Shown in pieces: positions 24,553-30,899 of a stretch of 32,000 nucleotides of DNA. The notes under the pieces are model-generated. The model was not told where the DNA came from. It did no database searches and worked only from the letters and a program-made list of their open reading frames with translations. The stretch's first letter is position 1. Every line of letters begins with the position of its first letter. The position numbers were made by a program, and so were the translations under genes. Source of the stretch: Mycolicibacterium smegmatis (GTDB taxonomy: Bacteria; Actinomycetota; Actinomycetes; Mycobacteriales; Mycobacteriaceae); contig NZ_LN831039.1 of the NCBI RefSeq assembly GCF_001457595.1, forward strand, positions 1,890,001-1,922,000, read 5' to 3'.

Positions 24553-26136
24553 CTACCCGAAGTGCACGCCTTGCGCCAGCGGCAACTCCGAGGAGTAGTT
24601 GACGGTGTTGGTGGCGCGGCGCATGTAGGCCTTCCACGCGTCCGAACCCGACTCGCGCCCACCACCGGTCTGCTTCTCGCCGCCGAACGCGCCGCCGATT
24701 TCGGCGCCCGACGTGCCGATGTTGACGTTGGCGATGCCGCAGTCCGATCCGTCGGCCGCCAGGAACCGCTCGGCCTCGCGCACGTCGGTGGTGAAGATCG
24801 CCGACGAGAGCCCCTGCGGCACCGCGTTGTTGAGCGCGATCGCCTCATCGAGGTCGTCGTAGGTGAGCACGTAGAGGATCGGCGCGAAGGTCTCGTTGTG
24901 CACGATCTCGGTCTGCGCGGGCATCACCACGACCGCGGGTGCGACGTAGAACGCGCCTTCCTCGTCGCCGAGCTCGTGACGTTCACCGCCGTGGACCGTG
25001 CCGCCGTCGGCGCGGGCCTGCTCCAGCGCGCCCACCATGTCGCGGTAGGCGCGGGCGTGGATCAGCGGACCGACCAGCGTGCCCTCGGCGGACGGGTCAC
25101 CGATCGGCAGGCTCTGGTACGCCGAGACGACGCGGCGCACCACCTCGTCGGCGACCGAGGAATGCACGATCAGCCTGCGCAGCGTCGTGCACCGCTGGCC
25201 CGCGGTGCCCGCGGCTGAGAACACGATCGCCCGCACGGCGAGATCGAGGTCCGCCGAGGGCGTCACGATCGCGGCGTTGTTGCCGCCGAGTTCCAGCAGC
25301 ACCTTGCCGAACCTCGCCGCCACCCGCGGGCCCACCTCCCGGCCCATCCGGACCGATCCGGTCGCGCTGACCAGGGCCACCCGCGGGTCGTCGACCAGGC
25401 GTTCGCCGACCTCGCGGCCACCTTGCACCAGCCGGCTCACCGCGGCAGGCGCGCCGACGTCGGCGGCGGCCCGCTCGATGAGCGCCTGGCACGCGATCGC
25501 GGTCAGCGGCGTGAGCTCCGACGGCTTCCACACGACGGTGTCACCGCACACCAACGCGATCGCGGTGTTCCACGACCACACGGCCACGGGGAAGTTGAAC
25601 GCGGTGATCACCCCGACCACGCCCAGCGGGTGCCAGGTCTCCATCAACCTGTGGCCCGGGCGCTCCGAGGCGATGGTGCGGCCGTACAACTGGCGCGACA
25701 GCCCGACGGCGAAGTCGCAGATGTCGATCATCTCCTGCACCTCGCCGAGTGCCTCCGAGGTGATCTTGCCCGCCTCGACCGTCACGAGCGTCGCGAGATC
25801 GGCCTTGTGCTCGACGAGCAGCTGGCCCAGCCGCGCCACGAGCGCACCGCGCACCGGGGCAGGCGTGGTGCGCCACACGGAAAACGCCTGGGCCGCTTCG
25901 GCGATCGCCGCGTCGGCGGCCTCGGCGGTGTGTGCGGGCAGCGTGAACAACACGTCGCCGGTGATGGGTGTGCTGGCGTGCAGGTCACCGTCGGACGCGC
26001 CGCCCGGCTCGGCGAGCGCGGTTGTCGCGCCGATCGCGTCGAGAGCACGGCGCACCCGCTGCCGCAGCTCGTCGGCCGTGGGAAGACCGGCCGCGCCGGC
26101 GCCCTGGGGTTTGTCGGTGGTGATGTTCGCAGTCAT
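24553..26136 (-). CDS. pcd: ALDH7-type aldehyde dehydrogenase: piperideine-6-carboxylate / 2-aminoadipate semialdehyde dehydrogenase
   Basis: The translation has VITAFNFPVAVWSWN, ELGGNNA and GTAGQRCTTLRR (catalytic Cys). The C-terminus, GGEKQTGGGRESGSDAWKAYMRR, is typical of the antiquitin subfamily. It lies beside lrpA and lat. Confidence 0.9.
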   Translation of the reverse strand: MTANITTDKPQGAGAAGLPTADELRQRVRRALDAIGATTALAEPGGASDGDLHASTPITGDVLFTLPAHTAEAADAAIAEAAQAFSVWRTTPAPVRGALVARLGQLLVEHKADLATLVTVEAGKITSEALGEVQEMIDICDFAVGLSRQLYGRTIASERPGHRLMETWHPLGVVGVITAFNFPVAVWSWNTAIALVCGDTVVWKPSELTPLTAIACQALIERAAADVGAPAAVSRLVQGGREVGERLVDDPRVALVSATGSVRMGREVGPRVAARFGKVLLELGGNNAAIVTPSADLDLAVRAIVFSAAGTAGQRCTTLRRLIVHSSVADEVVRRVVSAYQSLPIGDPSAEGTLVGPLIHARAYRDMVGALEQARADGGTVHGGERHELGDEEGAFYVAPAVVVMPAQTEIVHNETFAPILYVLTYDDLDEAIALNNAVPQGLSSAIFTTDVREAERFLAADGSDCGIANVNIGTSGAEIGGAFGGEKQTGGGRESGSDAWKAYMRRATNTVNYSSELPLAQGVHFG

Positions 26137-26207
26137 CGTTGGGCCTCTCTGGTCGGCTGTACTGGGTTGGGGCCGGGCTGGACAGGTGAACCGCTACAGT
26201 GCGGGCC

Positions 26208-26672
26208 ATGGGCGAACCGGACGAACAGTCGTTGGATGGGATCGACCGGATTCTGGTCCGCGAACTCGTGGCAGATGGGCGGGCGACTCTGGCGCACCTC
26301 GCGGCGGCCGCCGGGCTCTCGGTGTCGGCAGTGCAGGCCCGCGTGCGACGTCTGGAATCCCGCGGTGTGGTGACCGGGTACGCGGCGCGGATCAACCCCG
26401 AAGCGCTGGGCAACATGCTTTCGGCGTTCGTCGCCATCACTCCTCTCGATCCGTCCCAACCCGATGATGCGCCTGCCCGGCTGGAGCACATCCCCGAAAT
26501 CGAGTCGTGCCATTCGGTGGCGGGCGACGAGAGCTACGTCCTTCAGGTCCGGGTGGCCTCGGCGCGTGCTCTGGAGGACCTGCTGCAGCGCATCAGGACC
26601 GCGGCGAACGTCAGGACCCGCAGCACCATAATCTTGCAGACATTTTACACAGGTAGGGACTACATTCCGTAA
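26208..26672 (+). CDS. lrpA: Lrp/AsnC-family transcriptional regulator
   Basis: The translation has LDGIDRILVRELVADGRATLAHLAAAAGLSVSAVQARVRRLESRGVV (HTH) followed by a RAM/ACT-like domain. GTG 26199 is an alternative start. Confidence 0.85.
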   Translation: MGEPDEQSLDGIDRILVRELVADGRATLAHLAAAAGLSVSAVQARVRRLESRGVVTGYAARINPEALGNMLSAFVAITPLDPSQPDDAPARLEHIPEIESCHSVAGDESYVLQVRVASARALEDLLQRIRTAANVRTRSTIILQTFYTGRDYIP

Positions 26673-26724
26673 ACCTTGCGGTCTCGGGTCGCATTCACCG
26701 TAAAAATTGCGCTAACCTGGCGGC

Positions 26725-28089
26725 ATGACCGCTCTGCTGAACACGCCTGTCTCCGGATCGTCCTCGCCGGGCGCGAGCCCAGAGCTCGCTCCTGAACTCG
26801 TTCGGGAGACACTGGCCCGCAGCATCCTGGCCGACGGTTTCGACTTCGTGCTGGACCTGGAGGAGTCCCGCGGATCGCATCTGGTCGACGCGCGGACCGG
26901 TGAGCGTTTCCTGGACATGTTCACGTTCTTCGCGTCGTCGGCGCTCGGCATGAACCATTCGGCGCTGGCCGACGATCCCGAGTTCCGCGCCGAACTGGCG
27001 CAGGCCGCGCTGAACAAGCCCAGCAACTCCGACATCTACAGCGTGCCGATGGCACGGTTCGTCGACACGTTCCGGCGGGTGCTCGGCGACCCGGCGCTGC
27101 CGCATCTGTTCTTCGTCGACGGCGGTGCGCTCGCCGTGGAGAACGCACTCAAGGTGGCGTTCGACTGGAAGAGCAGGCACAACGAGGCGCACGGGATCGA
27201 CCCGGAACTGGGCACCAAGGTCCTGCACCTGCGCGGCGCGTTCCACGGCCGCAGCGGCTACACCCTGTCGCTGACCAACACCGATCCGGTCAAGGTCGCC
27301 CGCTTCCCGAAATTCGACTGGCCGCGCATCGACGCGCCCTACGTGCGTCCCGGACTCGACGACGACGCCATGGCGGCGCTGGAGGCCGAGTCGCTGCGCC
27401 AGGCGCGTGCGGCGTTCGAGGCACACCCGCACGACATCGCGTGCTTCATCGCCGAACCCATCCAGGGTGAAGGCGGGGACCGCCACTTCCGGCCCGAATT
27501 CTTCGCGGCCATGCGCGAACTGTGCGACGAGTTCGACGCGCTGCTGATCTTCGACGAGGTCCAGACGGGCTGCGGCATCACCGGAACCGCCTGGGCCTAC
27601 CAGCAATTGGGTGTGATGCCCGATGTGGTCTCGTTCGGCAAGAAGACGCAGGTGTGCGGCGTGATGGCCGGGCGCCGTGTCGACGAGGTGGCCGACAACG
27701 TGTTCGCCGTGAGCTCGCGCATCAACTCCACCTGGGGCGGAAATCTGGTCGACATGGTGCGCTCGCGCCGCATCCTCGAGGTGATCGAGCGCGACGGCCT
27801 GCTGGACAATGCACGCGACATGGGCGCGTACCTGCTCGACGAGTTGCGCGTGCTGGCAACACGATTCCCGGGCGTCGTTGTCGACCCGCGCGGTCGCGGA
27901 CTGATGTGCGCCTTCAGCATGCCCACGCCCGAGGACCGCGACGCCCTGATCCGCAAGCTGTGGGACCGCCACGTCATCATGCTGCCCAGCGGGGCGGATT
28001 CGGTGCGGTTCCGTCCGGCGCTGCCCGTGACGCGCGCCGAGATCGACGCGTGCCTCGACGCCGTGCGCGCCGTGCTCAGCGAGCGCTGA
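26725..28089 (+). CDS. lat: L-lysine 6-(epsilon)-aminotransferase, class III PLP enzyme
   Basis: The translation has DMFTFFASSALGMNH, FHGRSGYTLSLTN, IAEPIQGEGG, LIFDEVQTG and SFGKK (PLP lysine). The context is lrpA-lat. Confidence 0.9.
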   Translation: MTALLNTPVSGSSSPGASPELAPELVRETLARSILADGFDFVLDLEESRGSHLVDARTGERFLDMFTFFASSALGMNHSALADDPEFRAELAQAALNKPSNSDIYSVPMARFVDTFRRVLGDPALPHLFFVDGGALAVENALKVAFDWKSRHNEAHGIDPELGTKVLHLRGAFHGRSGYTLSLTNTDPVKVARFPKFDWPRIDAPYVRPGLDDDAMAALEAESLRQARAAFEAHPHDIACFIAEPIQGEGGDRHFRPEFFAAMRELCDEFDALLIFDEVQTGCGITGTAWAYQQLGVMPDVVSFGKKTQVCGVMAGRRVDEVADNVFAVSSRINSTWGGNLVDMVRSRRILEVIERDGLLDNARDMGAYLLDELRVLATRFPGVVVDPRGRGLMCAFSMPTPEDRDALIRKLWDRHVIMLPSGADSVRFRPALPVTRAEIDACLDAVRAVLSER

Positions 28090-28098
28090 GCAGCGCTC
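28081..28098. terminator. Hairpin GAGCGCT-gagc-AGCGCTC spanning both convergent stop codons
   Basis: It has perfect 7-bp arms. The lat TGA (28087-28089) and the minus-strand stop (28097-28099) lie in or at the arms. Confidence 0.4.
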
Positions 28099-28654
28099 AC
28101 GCCCGGGACCCGTCGGCCGCGGCCCGTCGCAGGATGGACCGCAGACGCGGCATGTCGTCACCGCCGACGAGTTCGCATCCGTGCAACTCGGCGAGTTTGC
28201 GTGCGGCCGGGGTGAACTCGTTGTTGGACACCACCATGGTTCTGGTGCAGTCCTGCATCGGCGCTCCGGCCACCACCTCCTGCACCGCGCCCGCGCCCAC
28301 CGGCCGGGACTGCCGCTTGCACTGGATCGCGATGCGGTGCGGACGGCGTCCGACGATGAGGTCCACACCCCAGTCCCCGCTCAGCGGGGTCATGATGACC
28401 GGCAGGCCGCACGATCTGGCGATACGCGCGACGTAGTCCTCGAACTCCAGGCCCGACATGTCCGCCGCGGTGCTCTCGCGGGGACCCGGGGTGCGCGCAC
28501 CGCGCACGACGGCGAGGACGAAGCGCGGCAGTGCCGCGAGCGCGAGCGGCACCACCATGCCGATCGCCACCGTCCACGGCAGGCCGGCCCCGGCGAGATG
28601 ACCCGTGAGCGCCGCGGCCAGGCCCACGGCGAGACAGAGCTTGATCCGCGTCAC
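28097..28654 (-). CDS. Membrane-anchored restriction-endonuclease-like (Mrr_cat, PD-(D/E)xK) protein
   Basis: Two N-terminal TM helices are followed by FEDYVARIA...GDWGVDLIVGRRPHRIAIQCKRQSRPVGAGAVQEV, the Mrr catalytic core pattern D...(D/E)xK. The start is GTG. Confidence 0.7.
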   Translation of the reverse strand: MTRIKLCLAVGLAAALTGHLAGAGLPWTVAIGMVVPLALAALPRFVLAVVRGARTPGPRESTAADMSGLEFEDYVARIARSCGLPVIMTPLSGDWGVDLIVGRRPHRIAIQCKRQSRPVGAGAVQEVVAGAPMQDCTRTMVVSNNEFTPAARKLAELHGCELVGGDDMPRLRSILRRAAADGSRA

Positions 28655-28713
28655 GTGCGCAGATGGTAGAGGTGCGGTGCGACAGGTCGCCGCGACTCAC
28701 GCGGTTGTTCCCG

Positions 28714-28740
28714 GGTTTAGCACAAGCGGTCGCCGGGAAG
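28714..28740 (+). promoter_or_regulatory. Near match to the SigF-type motif: GGTTT-N16-GGGAAG
   Basis: GTTT is at 28715-28718 and GGGAA at 28735-28739 (A instead of T at the fourth -10 position). It lies 37 nt upstream of ATG 28777. Confidence 0.25.
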
Positions 28741-28744
28741 TCGT

Positions 28745-28757
28745 CTCTCGCCGAGAG
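28745..28757. promoter_or_regulatory. 13-bp palindrome CTCTCG-c-CGAGAG upstream of the Cys-rich gene
   Basis: It has perfect 6-bp arms with a 1-nt centre, so it looks like a protein-binding site rather than an RNA hairpin. It lies 20 nt before ATG 28777. Confidence 0.3.
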
Positions 28758-28776
28758 CAACGAGCCGGGAGATGTG

Positions 28777-29019
28777 ATGGCGATCTGTGCCACCTGTGGA
28801 AACGATTACGACAAAGCCTTCACCGTGAGCTGGGAGGGGCACACCGAAGCGTTCGACAGCATCGAGTGCGCGGCCGCCCACGTGGCACCGGAATGTGCGC
28901 ACTGTGGCTGCCGGATCCTCGGACACGGCCTCGAGGCAGCCGGGACGATGTTCTGCTGTGCGCACTGCGCACGCAAGGCAGGCCACTCCGAGTTGGTCGA
29001 CCGCGAGGCGGTGGGCTGA
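28777..29019 (+). CDS. Small Cys/His-rich putative metal-binding protein (two tandem TRASH-like motifs), 80 aa
   Basis: The translation is MAICATCGNDYDKAFTVSWEGHTEAFDSIECAAAH + CAHCGCRILGHGLEAAGTMFCCAHCARKAGH. Both halves follow CAxCG-x(15-19)-F-x-x-x-x-CA. A GGGAG SD lies 5 nt before the ATG. Confidence 0.6.
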   Translation: MAICATCGNDYDKAFTVSWEGHTEAFDSIECAAAHVAPECAHCGCRILGHGLEAAGTMFCCAHCARKAGHSELVDREAVG

Positions 29020-29424
29020 GTGGTTCCCAGTCCGTTGCGAAGTCCATCCCGGTCCCTGCGGTCGCCGGACGACGCGACCGATCGCTCGCCCCACGAGAGC
29101 GTTCGGGAGGCGGTGAGGTACGGGACCGTCGCGGCCGGCATCGCCGGGGTGTTCATGGTGTTGTCCACACTCTGGCTCAGCACGTGTGTGGGTGATACGG
29201 CCGACGCCGTCGCGTGCGGCGCGCCGCAGCGGACCCTTCTGACCCTCGCGGCGCCGGGGGCCCTGCTGGCCGCCGGGATGTGGGCGCTCGCGCGCCCGCA
29301 TCACACCGAGACGCCTCGTGAACACGCCCGCGCCTGGCAGGGCGCGGGTCTGGTGCTGCTGACCCTCATGGTCGTCACCCTGGCGGTCTCGCTGCGCCAC
29401 CTCCCCGGGCTGGGGCAGCTGTGA
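29020..29424 (+). CDS. Hypothetical membrane protein (about 3 TM helices)
   Basis: GC3 is high from about codon 10 onwards. Hydrophobic segments are VAAGIAGVFMVLSTLWL, LLTLAAPGALLAAGMWAL and GLVLLTLMVVTLAV. GTG 29020 abuts the upstream stop. GTG 29113 is an alternative start. Confidence 0.5.
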   Translation: MVPSPLRSPSRSLRSPDDATDRSPHESVREAVRYGTVAAGIAGVFMVLSTLWLSTCVGDTADAVACGAPQRTLLTLAAPGALLAAGMWALARPHHTETPREHARAWQGAGLVLLTLMVVTLAVSLRHLPGLGQL

Positions 29425-30038
29425 CCGCGCCGACGCTGAACGCTCTGGCGCTGGTGTGCAGTCTCAAACGCAGCCCCGCCGATTCCAGCAGCGATCTGAT
29501 GGCCCGGCACGTGTGCGACGACCTCGGCGCGGCCGGCGTGGGCACCGAGATCCTGCGATGCGCCGACTACACGATCGAACCCGGGGTCGAGGCCGACATG
29601 GGCGGTGACGACCAGTGGCCCCAGATCCGCGAGAAGATCCTCGCCGCCGACGTACTGGTGATCTCCACACCGGTGTGGGTCGGTCACCCGTCCAGCATCA
29701 CCCAGCGCGTGCTCGAGCGCCTTGACGCCGAGCTGTCCAACACCGACGACGCCGGCAGGCCCGTACTGGCGGGCAAGGTCGCACTGGTGGCCGTGGTCGG
29801 CAACGAGGACGGCGCCCACAAGACCGTGGCCGACGTGTTCCAGGCGCTCAACGACATGGGGTACAGCATCCCGGCGCAGGGATGCACCTACTGGAACGGC
29901 GAGGCCATGCAGGGCGTCGACTTCAAAGACCTCGACACTGTGCCGGATCCGGTTGCCGGTGCCACCGCGGCGGCCGCGCGCAACGCGGCGCACCTCGCGG
30001 GCCTACTCAGTACCGGCCCGTACCCGCCATACGAGTGA
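29421..30038 (+). CDS. Flavodoxin-like fold NAD(P)H-dependent FMN reductase
   Basis: The translation has ALALVCSLKRSP (phosphate-binding loop region), ADVLVISTPVWVGHPSS and VVGNEDGAH. Its GTG start overlaps the upstream stop as GTGA. Confidence 0.8.
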   Translation: MTAPTLNALALVCSLKRSPADSSSDLMARHVCDDLGAAGVGTEILRCADYTIEPGVEADMGGDDQWPQIREKILAADVLVISTPVWVGHPSSITQRVLERLDAELSNTDDAGRPVLAGKVALVAVVGNEDGAHKTVADVFQALNDMGYSIPAQGCTYWNGEAMQGVDFKDLDTVPDPVAGATAAAARNAAHLAGLLSTGPYPPYE

Positions 30039-30068
30039 TCGTACGAGGCAACGATATTCGCGGACATC

Positions 30069-30099
30069 CGGGAACATTCGGGAACTTCGGAAAGGAAAG
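30069..30099 (+). repeat. Three roughly 10-bp-phased direct repeats: CGGGAACATT CGGGAACTT CGGAAAGGAAAG
   Basis: GGGAAC occurs at 30070-30075 and 30080-30085, and GGAAAG at 30089-30094. The last unit overlaps the SD of the next gene. Confidence 0.5.
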
Positions 30100-30104
30100 T
30101 GACG

Positions 30105-30404
30105 ATGGCTGACGAACCTGTCGATCATGCCAGGACCACACGACCACACGCCGGCGAGACCATGAAGGACGCCAGAAACCTGCCGGGTCTGGCGATCATC
30201 GGCGTCTCCCTCGTGGTGTTCGTGAGCAGCCTGGTCGCGTTCGCGACCGACCACATGAGCATCGGAGGAATGCTGGTGGGGTTGGCCGCGGTCGGTGCAG
30301 TGGTGGGCGGGGCCTGGCTGGCCACCGAGCACTACCGCGTCCGCAAGAACGAAGAGCGTTGGTACGCAAATCATCCCGGGATCATGCGGCAGCACCCCAG
30401 CTGA
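30105..30404 (+). CDS. usfY: UsfY-like small membrane protein
   Basis: The translation has DHARTTRPHAGE, then two TM helices, then WLATEHYRVRKNEERWYANHP. This matches my recollection of Mtb UsfY (Rv3288c), and the position relative to lat is syntenic. ATG 30105 lies 8-9 nt after AGGAA. Confidence 0.6.
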   Translation: MADEPVDHARTTRPHAGETMKDARNLPGLAIIGVSLVVFVSSLVAFATDHMSIGGMLVGLAAVGAVVGGAWLATEHYRVRKNEERWYANHPGIMRQHPS

Positions 30405-30425
30405 CCGGTGCAAGAGAGCGCGAAA

Positions 30426-30457
30426 AGATGGCCCAGCCGAAATCGGCTGGGCCATCT
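30426..30457. terminator. Strong bidirectional intrinsic terminator hairpin
   Basis: The inverted repeat AGATGGCCCAGCCGA-aa-TCGGCTGGGCCATCT is a perfect 15 nt. On the minus strand it is followed by CTTTTC (a U-tract for csbD). It lies between the convergent usfY-like and csbD genes. Confidence 0.8.
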
Positions 30458-30472
30458 GCGTATTGCGCCGCA

Positions 30473-30715
30473 TCAGGGTCGCTGTTCGGACTCCTGCCGC
30501 TTCTCGGCTGCCTTTGCCCCGGCACGGGCCGATTCGGCCTCGGCTTCCTTCTTGGCGGCGGCCTGCTGGGCATCGGCCTTGTCCTGCTGGGCCTTGCCTT
30601 CCCGAACCATGTCGTCACGGCCGGTCACGGTGCCGACGGCTTCCTTGGCCTTGCCCTTGACGTCCTCGACGGCGCCCTTGATGCCTTCTTCGGGTCCAGA
30701 ATTCTTCTCGGTCAT
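30473..30715 (-). CDS. CsbD-family general stress protein
   Basis: The translation has GIKGAVEDVKGKAKEAVGTVTGRDDMVREGKAQQDKA (CsbD signature) plus a charged tail. A GGAAAGG SD lies 5 nt before ATG 30715. Confidence 0.8.
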   Translation of the reverse strand: MTEKNSGPEEGIKGAVEDVKGKAKEAVGTVTGRDDMVREGKAQQDKADAQQAAAKKEAEAESARAGAKAAEKRQESEQRP

Positions 30716-30779
30716 GGTTACCTTTCCGCTGCCGCGAGTGGATTGGTTGTTCATTGACGCGTCTTCGCGCTTCCTACTG

Positions 30780-30805
30780 ATGCCCGGTATTCCGGGTCCC
30801 GAAAC
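30780..30805 (-). promoter_or_regulatory. One-mismatch SigF-type motif GTTTC-N15-GGGCAT upstream of csbD
   Basis: On the minus strand, GTTT is at 30805-30802 and GGGCA at 30785-30781. It lies about 64 nt upstream of ATG 30715 and overlaps a CCCGG-tatt-CCGGG dyad. Confidence 0.35.
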
Positions 30806-30846
30806 GTGATCGGAAACGCGGCCCTGTGCATCGCCCGAGGTCGGAA

Positions 30847-30872
30847 GGTTTGCCGGTCCACCAGATGGGTAC
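30847..30872 (+). promoter_or_regulatory. SigF-type promoter motif GGTTT-N15-GGGTAC
   Basis: GTTT is at 30848-30851 and GGGTA at 30867-30871. An AAAGGA SD (30892-30897) and ATG 30904 follow. Confidence 0.45.
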
Positions 30873-30899
30873 CAAACGAGCCAGGTGATCGAAAGGACT

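Noticed and set aside
25079-28368. 462-aa + ORF opposite pcd and 557-aa - ORF opposite lat
   Set aside because: The same shadow-ORF reasoning applies. pcd and lat have unambiguous catalytic motifs on the other strand.
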